Origin: Alphaproteobacteria bacterium
GTDB lineage: Bacteria > Pseudomonadota > Alphaproteobacteria > UBA828
DNA length: 32,797 nucleotides
Assembly: GCA_963422645.2 (NCBI GenBank)
Contig: CAXXVO010000022.1
Coordinates: 1-32,797, forward strand
Direction of reading: 5' to 3'
How positions within the stretch are numbered: position 1 is the stretch's first letter; every line of letters begins with the position of its first letter. The notes beneath the pieces were generated by a model, which was not told the DNA's origin, searched no databases, and saw only the letters and a list, made by a program, of their open reading frames with translations. Both the position numbers and the translations under genes were made by a program. Below are positions 20,922-31,396 of the stretch, piece after piece.

Positions 20922-22460
20922 TCAGGAGCGCAGTATAGGGATCAGCTGCATCGGTTCCGGGTGCGCCAGGATTTGCAGGATGTTCCAGCCTTGCTTTCGA
21001 GCGGTGACGATGACGCTGCGCATTCCGGCGAAGTTGCAGGCGCCTTGCAGGGAGCGGAAGCCGCCTGAGATCTTCTCATGCACTTTGTTCATACGGATGT
21101 CACGCTCCGCCTCGTTATTCGTGAACGGCGTGCGCAGGTCGGTGAGGAAGCGCAGGCAGCCCTCCTTATGCTTTTGAAGGCGGCGCGCGAGGTTGTGGCC
21201 GATGCGGCGTTTCTTTCGCCCTCGCTTTGCGATCTGGAGCGGCGGTTGGGCCTCATGGAAGGCGATGGCTTCTTCGAGGATACGGTCCCATGCCCTTGAG
21301 ATGCGGGCCACCAGGGAGGCGGGGACTTGACGGTCTTTCTCACGGGCGAAGCGGGCGGCCCTGCGCGCGCGCTGAAGCAGGCGGTGCATGCTCGCCGCCC
21401 ATTCCTCCTTCTCGATGTCGATCAGGGCCTGGAGTTCGCGCAGGTGATGTGCGTTGCAGGCGCCGTGGCGGACGCCCTTGATGGTGAAGTAGGGGGCGAA
21501 GTCGTCGTGGACGAGGATGCCTTTCAGGTTCTTTTCGACATCGCCGCGTCCCTCGCCGATGCGCAGGACGGTGAGCAACGGGGTGCACAGCACATGGAGC
21601 CAGCGGGTACGGGCGGCGATACGCAGGCCGGTCTCGTCGAGGTGCTTGACCGGCGCCTGCGTGCGGATCAGATCGGCGACATGGTCGAGGAAGCCCTCGA
21701 AGCGCTGCGCTGTGCGCCGGCCCATGGCGGCGATCGTGGCAGTGGAGATGGACACCGCGAAGATGTCGCTCATGAGTTCGGCCAGACGCTTCTCGGGCAC
21801 GAACTGGGCGTACAGCAGGTAACTCACCCAAGCGGTGATGCGAGGGCCGTACTGGACCGGGGCGGTGACGCCCGGCGGGAAGGCGGCTCGTGTCAGCGTG
21901 CCGCATGCGCCGCAGAGGCAGCGATGGGCGCGGTGTTCGGTGACCTCGAGAGGCTGCGGCTCGGGTACGTCGAAGACCTGCCGACAGGCGGGCGCGCCTT
22001 GCCGGTCGGCGTCCGAGAGCTCGACGCCACAGCCGGAACAGGTGGAGGGGTGGTGATCGACGACACGGTCCGGGCTGTCGCTCCGCGCGAGGGTGGTTCC
22101 CTTGTGGCCGGGCTGGCCGCCACTGGGCCCGCCGGACTTTCCGCGCTGGCTTTGGGTGCGCCTCTGGGCTCCGCTTTTCTTCTTGAGCCCGTCGCTGGCG
22201 GGGGGCTTGCTGCTTGTGGTGCTGTTGAGGGCCGCGCTGCGCTCGAGTTCGGCGATGCGCTCGCGCAGGGCCGCGTTCTCCTGCTCGAGTGCGGCATTTT
22301 CCCGGGCGAGCGCGGTGGCTGATCGCAGCAGCCCCTGCCCCCATTCCCGGACGGCAACGACGACAGTGGTTGCGAGGGATGATGGCTCGAGAAGCTCCTT
22401 CAGGCAGCAGAAGGCCTCGTTACGGGCGGCGAGGTCTTCGTGCCAGTGCGACACCGTCAC
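20922..22460 (-). CDS. IS66 family DDE transposase
   Basis: Coiled coil, SSKPPASD, GGQPGHKG, CxxC zinc finger, HLDETG, CNAHHLREL, FTNNEAERDIR; GTG start overlaps MTase stop (GTGA). Confidence 0.93.
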   Translation of the reverse strand: MTVSHWHEDLAARNEAFCCLKELLEPSSLATTVVVAVREWGQGLLRSATALARENAALEQENAALRERIAELERSAALNSTTSSKPPASDGLKKKSGAQRRTQSQRGKSGGPSGGQPGHKGTTLARSDSPDRVVDHHPSTCSGCGVELSDADRQGAPACRQVFDVPEPQPLEVTEHRAHRCLCGACGTLTRAAFPPGVTAPVQYGPRITAWVSYLLYAQFVPEKRLAELMSDIFAVSISTATIAAMGRRTAQRFEGFLDHVADLIRTQAPVKHLDETGLRIAARTRWLHVLCTPLLTVLRIGEGRGDVEKNLKGILVHDDFAPYFTIKGVRHGACNAHHLRELQALIDIEKEEWAASMHRLLQRARRAARFAREKDRQVPASLVARISRAWDRILEEAIAFHEAQPPLQIAKRGRKKRRIGHNLARRLQKHKEGCLRFLTDLRTPFTNNEAERDIRMNKVHEKISGGFRSLQGACNFAGMRSVIVTARKQGWNILQILAHPEPMQLIPILRS

Positions 22461-23122
22461 GTGTCTTCGGCCTCGACGGCCATCATGGCGGCGAGCACGG
22501 CGAGGCGTTCGCCCGGCGGCAAGGCCTGGTAGCGCCGGCCCCAGTTGGCTGCCTTGCGCTTGATGCGCTGGCGGTCGGTGAAGTTCCGGCCTGCGTGGCT
22601 GGCCCAATGCATCCGGTCGGGGGCGTAGTTGAACCAGACGACCTCGGTTCGCACCAGACCCTGGGTCGTGACCTGCAGCGCCAGCCGGCGCCATCCCGCC
22701 AGCACCTCGTCATAGAGCGCCGACGGATGGCCCGAGATCATGACCTGGCAGGGCAGAGCCTTGAGCAGCGCGAGAAGCGCGACGTGGCCGGCCTCCTCGT
22801 ACTCGAAGCGGTAGCGCTGCGCCGAGCGGCGGGTCGCGTGCAGATAGGGCGGATCGCTGTAAACCAGCTCCGGGCCCAGGAACGGGAACGAGGCCAGGAA
22901 GTCATGGGCACAGCCGTGAACCAGATCGACCGGGTAGTCGCAGACGAAGGCCTCGAGCGCCTGCGCATCGCGGTCGATGCCGATCGAACGCACGGCCGGC
23001 GGCTTGCGCTTCATCAGCGCCCCGCCCCCAAGGTGGCTTTCGATGTAGACGGAGTGCGGCGGCATCAGCGCAATCAGCGCTTGGCACAGACCTGCTGTCG
23101 CCTTCGAGCCGAAATACCCCAT
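22457..23122 (-). CDS. DNA adenine (N6) methyltransferase, Dam/D12-like, compact
   Basis: N-terminal YFGSK, SAM-binding YIESHLGGGA, GID, catalytic YSDPPY, MISG, RTEVVWFNY. Confidence 0.88.
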   Translation of the reverse strand: MGYFGSKATAGLCQALIALMPPHSVYIESHLGGGALMKRKPPAVRSIGIDRDAQALEAFVCDYPVDLVHGCAHDFLASFPFLGPELVYSDPPYLHATRRSAQRYRFEYEEAGHVALLALLKALPCQVMISGHPSALYDEVLAGWRRLALQVTTQGLVRTEVVWFNYAPDRMHWASHAGRNFTDRQRIKRKAANWGRRYQALPPGERLAVLAAMMAVEAEDT

Positions 23123-23519
23123 GGACCGCTCCCGTCACGCGAGAGAGCAGTCCATAGTCCCGCAACTCTATGAGGTCAAGAACCAATCGCGGTGGCAGAA
23201 CCAGGCCGCGGCCGCCGCCATAATCACCGTCCTCAACTCAGGATTGGGGTACCTGGGTAGTTACCAAATTGTCGCCGGAAGCAGAACTCGCAAACAGGAA
23301 ATTAGTGCGGCACCGGTGGCCCTAACACTAGGCAAAGTGGACGCGTCGATGTACATGGCGGCGATAGGAGAATCGTCCCACGATGAGGCGAAAATCTGCC
23401 TGCGATGCGTCGCCTGAAGCGCCGTTTGCTGCAAGAGACTTCGTGCGCGGCGCGTCGAGTCGCGGCACGAAGTGCGGATGACGTAGGACGAGCGTAGAGA
23501 GGCCGAAAGGAACCGGCGA

Positions 23520-24233
23520 ATGGCCGATGGCCGCGACGACCAGACACTCTCCATCGGTGACGCCGTGCGCTTCAGCCATCGGGGGCAGACGATACACGGC
23601 CACCTCCTCCGAAGGCAGGGGCGGCGCCGACTCGCGACGGTCATCGACGCAAGCGAGACGCTTTGGAAGGTGTCGGAGGCGGCGCTAACGCCTTCCGGCC
23701 GCGCCCGCCGCGCGACGATGGTGACACCGCAAGACGCGGCGCGCGCGCGGTGGCGGGTGGGCGATCGGGTGACGTTCGCAAGCACCGACGGGGCACTTCA
23801 GGGCAAGATCGTGAAGCTCAACCCGACCCAGGCCAGAGTGCGTGCGGGCCGGAGCCTCTGGAACGTGCCCTACGCGGGCCTGAGCGACGCGGGCACCGGC
23901 AAAGAGCGCCTGAGGAACGGTGCGGAGCGTCTGAGCCACATCGCCGCGACGGCCCGCGGGCTGATGGACGAGCACGGTCTCGACACCTGGACCTTCGCCT
24001 TCCTCGAAGCCGAGCGTCGCCTCGGCGACTGCCACTTCCAGGACCGCATGATCCGCGTCGGTCGCGCCCACGCGCTCGACGCCGGCGAAGCCGAGATCAG
24101 GGACACGATCCTGCACGAAATCGCCCATGCGCTGGCCGGCCCCGAAGCCCGCCACGGCGCGCAGTGGAAAGCCATCGCCCGCCGCATCGGCGCTACTCCG
24201 AGAGCAAGCGTCTACGAACGCCGAGGGCGGTGA
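23520..24233 (+). CDS. SprT-like zinc metalloprotease with two N-terminal SH3/KOW-like repeats
   Basis: RRLGDC, DTILHEIAHALAG, HGAQWK; N-terminal IGDAVRF.. and VGDRVTF.. repeats. Confidence 0.8.
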   Translation: MADGRDDQTLSIGDAVRFSHRGQTIHGHLLRRQGRRRLATVIDASETLWKVSEAALTPSGRARRATMVTPQDAARARWRVGDRVTFASTDGALQGKIVKLNPTQARVRAGRSLWNVPYAGLSDAGTGKERLRNGAERLSHIAATARGLMDEHGLDTWTFAFLEAERRLGDCHFQDRMIRVGRAHALDAGEAEIRDTILHEIAHALAGPEARHGAQWKAIARRIGATPRASVYERRGR

Positions 24234-24378
24234 GAGCGGGCTGACGTCGCGTTTGACATCGCGCCGCTGACCAAGCGTGTACTCCTTCGTGCTGACTGAG
24301 GGGCCGAGGAATGTGGCCCCGCTTCCGCCGGCACGGCTCGCCTCCATGCCGAAGGTGCATTGCGCGGCCAGGAGCCGC

Positions 24379-25000
24379 CTACCGTGGAAACGAAGCCCCG
24401 TTGATGTCGATGACGGTGCCGGTGGCATGGCGGGCCGCGCCCGAGGCAAGGAAGGCGACGATGTTCGCCACCTCTTCGGGCGGGATCAGTGTGCCGAGCG
24501 CGTTCTCGCCGAGCGGGCCGCGATCGCCGGTCTCGTTGATGTAGTCCCACGACATGTCGGTGCCGACCCAGCCCGGCGCCACCGCGTAGGAGAGGATGCC
24601 GTCGCCGCCGTGGTTCCGGGCAAAGGTGTGGCTCAGCGCGTTGAGGGCGCCCTTGCAGGCCGCGTAGGAGCCGAGCAGCGGCTTCTCGCCCCGGTGCGCG
24701 GCTCGGCTCGAGAGGTGAATCAGGATGCCGCCCTCGCCCCGCGCCTGAAAATGCGCGACGGCGCGCGTGGCAAGCTCCGCAGGCGCCAAGAGATTGATCT
24801 GCAGCGTGCGCTGCCAGACCGCGCGCCACGCCTCGGGCCAGGCGTCGTCTTCGGCAAAGGCGGGCTCCGCCTCGTAGGCCCCCGCGTTGTTGACCAGCAC
24901 GTCGATCCGGCCCCGCCAGTCCAGCGCCTGCTGCCAGAGGACCTGCGGAGCGTCCTCATCGGAGAGATCGGCCCCCACCAGGTGGCAGCGCTCGGGCGCC
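24379..25000 (-). pseudogene. SDR oxidoreductase, 5'-truncated by IS21
   Basis: IDVLVNNAG, YAACK, APGWVGT, INGAS present; Rossmann TGxxxGxG missing; frame abuts the IS end at 25001. Confidence 0.85.
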
Positions 25001-25202
25001 TGTCAATCGGCTTTCAATACTGACCCCCGATCGGCGTGCAAAATTGACCCCCCTGAGTGGCACGGCGGAGGTTGTCCCGGTAGCCAATAGGGGGGACCCG
25101 CGCGGCTTCGTGTGGCGCCCTGCGCTACGCGGAGCGAAGCCGCGTGGGGGGTCCCTGTTGGCCCACCGGGGCAACCGGGCCGCAAGGGAGGCCGGCGGCG
25201 GG

Positions 25203-25931
25203 TCAGGAGCGGTTCTTGAAGCGCCAGCTCTCGTTGCCGGTCTCGATGATCTCGCAATGATGGGTGAGGCGATCGAGCAGCGCTGTGGTCATCTTGGGGT
25301 CGCCGAAGACGGATGGCCATTCGCCGAAGGCGAGGTTTGTGGTGATGACGATCGAGGTGCGCTCGTAGAGCCGGCTCATCAGATGGAAGAGCAGCTGCCC
25401 ACCGGCCTGGGCGAAGGGCAGGTAGCCGAGCTCGTCGAGGATGACGAAGTCGCGGCGGACGAGCTGGTCTGCAGTGCGGCCCTGGCGTCCGGCGCGAAGC
25501 TCGGCCTCGAGGAGGTTGACCAGGTCGACGACGTTGTAGCACCGGCCGCGCGCGCCCTTGCGGATGCAGGACCGCGCGATGGCGACGGCGAGATGGGTCT
25601 TGCCGGTACCGGTGCCGCCGACCAGCACGATGTTGCGTTTGCCCTCGAGGAAGCCGCCGCCGGCGAGCTCCTGGATCAGGGGCTCGTTGACCGGCGAGGC
25701 GGCGAAGTCGAAGTCGGCCAGCTCCTTGACCGTCGGCAGCTTGGCGGAGGCCATCTGGTACTTGATCGAGCGGGCCCTCTTGTCGGCGATCTCGACCTGC
25801 AGCAGCGTACCGATGATCTGTTGCACCGGATGGCGGCGCTTGAGCCCGTCGGCAAGGATGTCGTCGTAAGCGGCGCGCATACCTGCGAGCTTCAGCTGGG
25901 TCATCATCTCCAGCACATCATGACGCTCCAT
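25203..25931 (-). CDS. istB: IS21 helper ATPase
   Basis: [36 protein letters not shown]. Confidence 0.96.
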   Translation of the reverse strand: MERHDVLEMMTQLKLAGMRAAYDDILADGLKRRHPVQQIIGTLLQVEIADKRARSIKYQMASAKLPTVKELADFDFAASPVNEPLIQELAGGGFLEGKRNIVLVGGTGTGKTHLAVAIARSCIRKGARGRCYNVVDLVNLLEAELRAGRQGRTADQLVRRDFVILDELGYLPFAQAGGQLLFHLMSRLYERTSIVITTNLAFGEWPSVFGDPKMTTALLDRLTHHCEIIETGNESWRFKNRS

Positions 25932-27432
25932 GACCGGCCTCCCTCAGGCTGTCGTAGCGCTGACAGTCGGCTACCGGCTTGTGGCGAAGCTGCAGGCCCT
26001 CGGGCGTCGGGATGATTGCCGGCGGTGCCGGCTGGCGCTGCCGGGCGAGGATGTTGAGCACCACGTCGGCGCTGCAGGCACCGCAGTCGAGCGTCTCGGC
26101 ACAGGCCGCCTCAACCGCCTCCAGTCCGTCCTCCAGCACCGCCGCGAGCACCTTGACGAACTGCCGGTCGCCGTCGTCGTGGCCCGCGAGCCGGGTTCGC
26201 AGGCGGCCGAGCGCGTTGGGCAACTGCCAGTCCTTGAAGGGCGCGCCATTGCGTAGCGCGCCGGGCTTCCGCGTCAGGATCGGCACGTAATGCCACGGAT
26301 CGTAGACGAACCGGCCGCGCCCGAAGCTGCGGGGGTGCTCGGCAACGGTCTCGCCGTCCTGGCGGATGACGATCCGATCGGCATAGGCCCGCACGTCCAC
26401 CGGCCGGCCGACGGCGCGGGCCGCGACGCTGTACTGGTTGTTGTCGAAGCGCACCAGACAGGTCTTCGAGACCGACACCTCGCTGGCATGGAAGCCGTCG
26501 AAGGGGCCGCGATACGCCATCAGGAAGGGCTGCTCCTCCTCGAACACCTGCCACACCGTCTTGCCCGGGATTGTCGGATGCGGATGCTTCTTGGCGTCCT
26601 CGATGCACCGATCCATCAGCCACTCGTTGATCTCGGCGTAGGAGCGGCCCCGCGGGATGGGCACGAACAGGCGGCCGCGAAGGTCACCCACCTGCTTCTC
26701 GACCTGCCCCTTCTCCCAGCCAGCCCCTGGCGTGCACGCCACAGGCTCCACCAGATGGTGCGAGCACAGCTCCTGGAAGCGGCGGTTGTAGTCCCGCTTC
26801 TTGCCCACGAAGATCGTGCTCACCGCCGTCTTCATGTTGTCGTAGATGCCCCGCCGGCAGACCCCGCCGAAGAAGCGGAAGGCACGCTCGTGCGCCTCGA
26901 AGACCATCTCCTGGCTCTCGCGGGGAAAGATCTGGACCAGATACATCCGGCTGTGGCACAGCCGCATGTGCGCCGCCTTCACCCTGGTCGTCGCGCCCGA
27001 CAGACGCGCGTACTCGTGGCTCCAGTCGAACTGGTAGGCCTCGCCGGGATCGAAGATCAGCGGCACATAGGCCTGCGCCGGCGACAACAGCCGCCACCGG
27101 CGCCGCCAGGCCCTGGCATAGCGGCGAACCGCGTCATAGCCGCCCTTGTAGCCCAGCGACACAAGGTCTTCATGAATCCGCAGAAGAGACAGCCGATCCT
27201 TGCGTGCCTTCTTCTCGTTGGCCTTCAGCTGGCGCTCAAGCTCCTCCACCCACAGCCCAAGCTTCGGCATCGGCTGGATCTTGCGCTCGTAGCTGTGCGA
27301 GGTCGCATCGCCCCGCACCACCTTGCGTATCGTGTTCTTGGAAACCCTCAAATCCCGGGCGAGCTTCTTGATCGGAACGCCCTTCACCAGATGATCCCGA
27401 CGGATCTTCGCGATCGTTTCCACAACCAGCAT
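25918..27432 (-). CDS. istA: IS21 transposase
   Basis: N-terminal [32 protein letters not shown]. Confidence 0.96.
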   Translation of the reverse strand: MLVVETIAKIRRDHLVKGVPIKKLARDLRVSKNTIRKVVRGDATSHSYERKIQPMPKLGLWVEELERQLKANEKKARKDRLSLLRIHEDLVSLGYKGGYDAVRRYARAWRRRWRLLSPAQAYVPLIFDPGEAYQFDWSHEYARLSGATTRVKAAHMRLCHSRMYLVQIFPRESQEMVFEAHERAFRFFGGVCRRGIYDNMKTAVSTIFVGKKRDYNRRFQELCSHHLVEPVACTPGAGWEKGQVEKQVGDLRGRLFVPIPRGRSYAEINEWLMDRCIEDAKKHPHPTIPGKTVWQVFEEEQPFLMAYRGPFDGFHASEVSVSKTCLVRFDNNQYSVAARAVGRPVDVRAYADRIVIRQDGETVAEHPRSFGRGRFVYDPWHYVPILTRKPGALRNGAPFKDWQLPNALGRLRTRLAGHDDGDRQFVKVLAAVLEDGLEAVEAACAETLDCGACSADVVLNILARQRQPAPPAIIPTPEGLQLRHKPVADCQRYDSLREAGHGAS

Positions 27433-27594
27433 CTCCCCCACCACCCCGTCCGTCCAAACGACGAGGTGTGTTCATGGACACAAATCCAAGGGGGTCAATT
27501 TTGGACGCCGATCACCCCCAATAGGGGGTCACTTTTCCACGCTTAACAACAACCCAGCGAAAAACCGCCTGAAACAACCGAAATGTATCAGAAT

Positions 27595-27792
27595 TCAAGG
27601 AGTTCCCGGCACGCTGCCCAGAACAGCCAGCATCACGAGGTCAGGAAGTCTGAAAATATAGAAGCTGAAAATCAGGATAACGATGACCGGGCCGACCAGG
27701 AAGAGCAGCAGCACCACGCTGAGCGGCGTGACCTGCAGCGCCGAGCTGTAGCGCTTGAGGTAGGGGGTCAGCGCGGCAACGGCGGCGTTCAT
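27595..27792 (-). pseudogene. ABC transporter permease, N-terminal fragment
   Basis: One TM helix (LQVTPLSVVLLLFLVGPVIVILIFSFY) downstream of a binding-protein gene, then unrelated sequence and an early stop. Confidence 0.65.
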
Positions 27793-29228
27793 CGTGTGAG
27801 CCGGCCCGTCTCAGGCGGCGGCGCCGGACGAAGAACGCGCTGGCGCGTCGCTCCGCCCGGACATCCCCGCTGGCGTCCCCGCCACGCGCCGAAGAACCAG
27901 CATCGCGGGGGCTGCAAGGTCAAACGTGATCACGGTCACAACCGAAGGCACACCGCTATGCAGTTAGGAACTCGTTCCAGCGCTGGATGACGTAGGCGTT
28001 CTCGTCCATCGTCGAGTTCCAGACGGCGACCCGGCCCATGCGGTTCCTCCAGGAGCCGCCGTCGCGCACGCTGCCCGCCTTCTCCATCACGTTGCCGAAG
28101 GGATCCTTGACCTCGTTCACGGCAGGCTTGCCCTCGAACCAGAAATCCCACTCGTCGGCCGGCAGATGCTGCTTGGTCTGCTCGGGCGTTGGCATGTAGT
28201 AGCCCTGGCGCGCGAAGAAGGCGCCAGCCGGTCCCGAATAGTACCAGTTGAAGAAGTCGTAGACCGCGCCCAGCCGCTTTCCTTCCACATACTTGGAAAG
28301 CAGGAAGCCGATGCCCCAGGAGCGATAGCCCTCATTCAGGTCGCTGTAGATGCAGGGCACGCCTTGAGAGCGGACCGCGGTCACCGCCGGCGACCACATC
28401 GACTGGATCACCACCTCGCCGGAGAGCATCAGGTTCACCGATTCGTTGAAGGTGAGCCAGAACGAGCGGAAGTGACCCTTCTGCTTGAGCTCGATCAGGT
28501 ATTCGATGGTCTGGTCGATCTCGTCCCGAGTCATGTTGCCCTTGTTGACGTAGGTCATCATGCCCTGAGCCTCGATCGCCATGGCGAGGTCCATGAGGCC
28601 GATCTGCGGGAAGCCCTGGAGCGCCGCCCGGCCCTCGAACTCGGGATTGATGAATTCGGCCCAGGACTCGATGGGCCGGCCGATCAGGTCGGGGCGGATG
28701 CCGAGGGTGTCGGCGTTGTGGTTGGTCGGCAGACAAGTCAGCCACTGGGTCTCAGGCTCGGCGAAATCGCGGGTGTCGGGGCCGGAGGTGTACTGCACCT
28801 GGGTCGGGTGCTGCCCCTGGCCGTACCAGGCGTCCGGCCAGATCTTGCCGTCCTTCTTGTAGAGCCCGATGGTCTGATCCCAATAGCTCAGTTTCGTGGT
28901 GTCGATGCCCTGGAAGTTCCCGGTCGGCCAGATGCCGTTGAACTGCTGATAGGCCGGCTCGACCGTGTCGAAGGAGCGCGGCTGCGTGGCGGCGCGCTGG
29001 CCTAGGGTGTTGAAGTCGACCACCGTCTGCAGGAGCTGGAACCCGAGCGCCTCCTCGGCCATCTCTTCCAGCTGCTTTATGTGCGACACCGCAGACCCCA
29101 GCATGTTGAGCTCGATGTCTGCAATGTCCTGGGCCCAGACGGTGGGGAAGCCGCCGAGGGTCGTTGCGGCAACGGCCGCTGCACCGCCCTTCAGGGCCGT
29201 GCGCCGAGTGATAGAAGGAAGAAGCTTG

Positions 29229-31116
29229 GTAACTGCCCAGGTCGTCTGATTTGTCATTTTGGGCCAGTGGATTGAGGCGTTTCTCGTTCGGAGTTGGTGG
29301 AAAGGGCTTGACGGGAATTTCGGGAAATGACTCAACAACGACATGAGCAATCCCGAGTCGCCGCGCGGCCCTTCGACGGGAGCAGCGCCCGAAACGCCCG
29401 CGCAGAAGATCGCCCGCCTGGAGGAGGAGAACGCCCGGCTTCGGGAGGAAAATGCCTGGCTTCGGCAGCAGAACGCGCGGCTGGAAGAGCAAGTCGCGCG
29501 TCTCGTCGAGCGCATCGAGGAGTTGGAGCGCCGTCTCGGCCTCAACAGCGGCAACAGCGGCAAGCCGCCTTCGAGCGATGGGCTGAGGAAGCCGAATTCG
29601 AAGCGGCGAACCCGAAGCCTGCGCGGCAAATCGGGCCGCAAGCCCGGTGGCCAGCCCGGCCACAAGGGCAAGACGCTGCGCCGCGCCGATCACCCGGATC
29701 GGGTGAAGGATCACGTCCCGGCTTCCTGCAAGGGATGCGGTTCGCCGCTTTCGGACGCGGCCAGGGCGGGAACGCCCGTCGCCCGCCAGGTGTTCGATCT
29801 GCCCGAGCCGAGCCCCCTGGAGGTGACCGAGCACCGGGCGCATGCCAAGTGCTGCGGGCATTGCGGGACGGTGACCCGGGCGGCGTTCCCCGACGGGGTG
29901 TCGGCGCCGGTGCAGTACGGCCCGCGCATTGCCGGGGTGGCGGTCTACCTTCAGCACGCTCACTTCCTGCCGGAGGATCGGCTGTCGCAGGTGATGGCCG
30001 AGCTCTTCGGCGCGCCGGTGACGGCTGCGACGTTGGCGACGATGAGCGAGAGGGCGGCCGAGCGGCTGCGGGACGCGGCCTTGCACATACAGGACCTGGC
30101 GGCGGGCACGGCGCGGGTGAAACACATGGACGAGACCGGCTTGCGGATCGGCGGTCAGACGCAGTGGCTTCATGTGATCTGCACGCCGCTGCTGGCGGCG
30201 TACCGGGTCAGCGGCAAGCGCGGCGCCCTGCTCTCGGGTGTCTCCGGCATCGTCGTGCACGATCACTGGAAGCCGTACTTCGCGATGGAAGGGGTGGAGC
30301 ACGGCCTGTGCAACGCCCATCACCTGCGGGAGTTGCAGGCGCTGGTGGACATCGAAGGGGAGGCTTGGGCCCGGCGGATGCAGCAGCTCCTGCGCCGAGC
30401 CAATCGCGCCGCCCGCATCGCGCTGGACAAGGATATCGCCGTTCCGGCGAGGCTTGTGGCGCTGATCGAGCGCCGATACGACGAGATCATCGCCGATGCG
30501 CTGGCCTTTCACGAGAGCCAACCACCGTTCTCGCCTGGCAAGAGGAAGAAGCGCCGGAAGCGAAGGATCGGTCACAATCCGGCCTTGAGGCTGCGCGACC
30601 ACAAATGCGCGGTGCTCCGGTTCCTGATCGACCTCGAGGTCGGGTTCACGAACAACGAGGCCGAGCGCGACCTTCGGATGATGAAGCTGCGCCAGAAGAT
30701 CTCCGGGGGCTTCCGGTCCGCGCAGGGGGCCGAGAACTTCGCCATCCTGCGCAGCGTCATCACCACCGCCAGAAAGCAGGGCTGGAATATCATCGAAGCC
30801 CTGACCAGCCCATCGGATCGGCTCATCGCCACCGTCAAGTGCGCGTAAGCTCACCTGGCACGGGTTCTCCAACAGCGGAGCCATTCTCATAAACGATCAT
30901 GGTCGACGCCGTGCTGGACCACCCCATAGAATGAAAATCGGTGCCCGTCGCGCGGGCGGACTTCGGGCCACATCGGGGTAGCTTACCGGTCGCAGTCCGC
31001 AAGAGGGGCATCGTGAGCTGTGAAACCCGGCGACCCCAGAGGAGCACACGGGCGTCGCGTGGGTAGCGTTGTGCCGAATCCCAGAGAATTTTCACAGCAA
31101 GAACCTGGGCAGTTAC
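29229..31116 (+). mobile_element. IS66-family (single-transposase, ISBst12-like) insertion sequence
   Basis: Perfect 14-bp TIRs GTAACTGCCCAGGT; 8-bp target duplication GAAGCTTG at 29221-29228 and 31117-31124. Confidence 0.96.
29343..30848 (+). CDS. IS66 family DDE transposase
   Basis: SGKPPSSD, GGQPGHKG, CxxC, HMDETG, CNAHHLREL, FTNNEAERDLR. Confidence 0.95.
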   Translation: MSNPESPRGPSTGAAPETPAQKIARLEEENARLREENAWLRQQNARLEEQVARLVERIEELERRLGLNSGNSGKPPSSDGLRKPNSKRRTRSLRGKSGRKPGGQPGHKGKTLRRADHPDRVKDHVPASCKGCGSPLSDAARAGTPVARQVFDLPEPSPLEVTEHRAHAKCCGHCGTVTRAAFPDGVSAPVQYGPRIAGVAVYLQHAHFLPEDRLSQVMAELFGAPVTAATLATMSERAAERLRDAALHIQDLAAGTARVKHMDETGLRIGGQTQWLHVICTPLLAAYRVSGKRGALLSGVSGIVVHDHWKPYFAMEGVEHGLCNAHHLRELQALVDIEGEAWARRMQQLLRRANRAARIALDKDIAVPARLVALIERRYDEIIADALAFHESQPPFSPGKRKKRRKRRIGHNPALRLRDHKCAVLRFLIDLEVGFTNNEAERDLRMMKLRQKISGGFRSAQGAENFAILRSVITTARKQGWNIIEALTSPSDRLIATVKCA

Positions 31117-31396
31117 GAAGCTTGCTCGATCGTGGCTTTTTCATCGCGTCGTCTCCCGACAGCTATTGCTGCGCGCTGACGCCTGCGGACCGCTACGGCC
31201 CGCGGCCGCGCTCTTGCCTCCCTCGCGGCCGGCTCGGCCTAGTCAGGTGCGCCGTTCCTTTTCTGCCGGCACTCTTGCATCGCCATGCGCGATCCCGACC
31301 GCAATTGGAGGAAGTATTCTCTAGCGGGTCCTGCCTTGCAAGCCACTTGAGGCTGAGGTCGTAGCCAATTCCAGTCGGGCGGGTTAGAAGCGGACC

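Larger units (their letters stand above)
20757..23264 (-). mobile_element. IS66-family (single-transposase, ISBst12-like) element with DNA methyltransferase passenger
   Basis: 19-bp TIRs GTAACTGCCCAGGTACCCC (20757-20775) and reverse complement GTAACTACCCAGGTACCCC (23246-23264), one mismatch; no target duplication (GACTATCC vs CAAATTGT). Confidence 0.88.
25001..27548 (-). mobile_element. IS21-family insertion sequence
   Basis: TGTCAATCGG.. and ..GCTTAACA termini, repeated subterminal TGACCCCC/GGGGTCA motifs, istAB; flanks not duplicated. Confidence 0.92.
27956..31144 (-). pseudogene. Tat-exported ABC substrate-binding protein (PotD/PotF-like) interrupted by IS66 (parts 31144-31117 and 29228-27956)
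   Basis: Removing the IS and one target copy restores MKKPRSSKLLPSITRRTALKGG..VWAQ with a GGGAG RBS; body has NADTLGIRPDL, GEVVIQSMWSP, RWNEF. Confidence 0.88.

Noticed and set aside
22461-22694. 590-aa transposase start at 22694 in the ORF track
   Set aside because: It overlaps the MTase out of frame; the GTG at 22460 coupled to the MTase stop is more plausible.
19644-23122. PIN gene plus MTase as a restriction-modification pair
   Set aside because: The MTase is inside the IS termini and GC-rich, the PIN gene is outside and AT-rich, and no restriction endonuclease motif was seen.
29229-29671. N-terminal extension of the 571-aa ORF 27956-29671
   Set aside because: It is IS66 sequence read antisense; the native start is at 31144.
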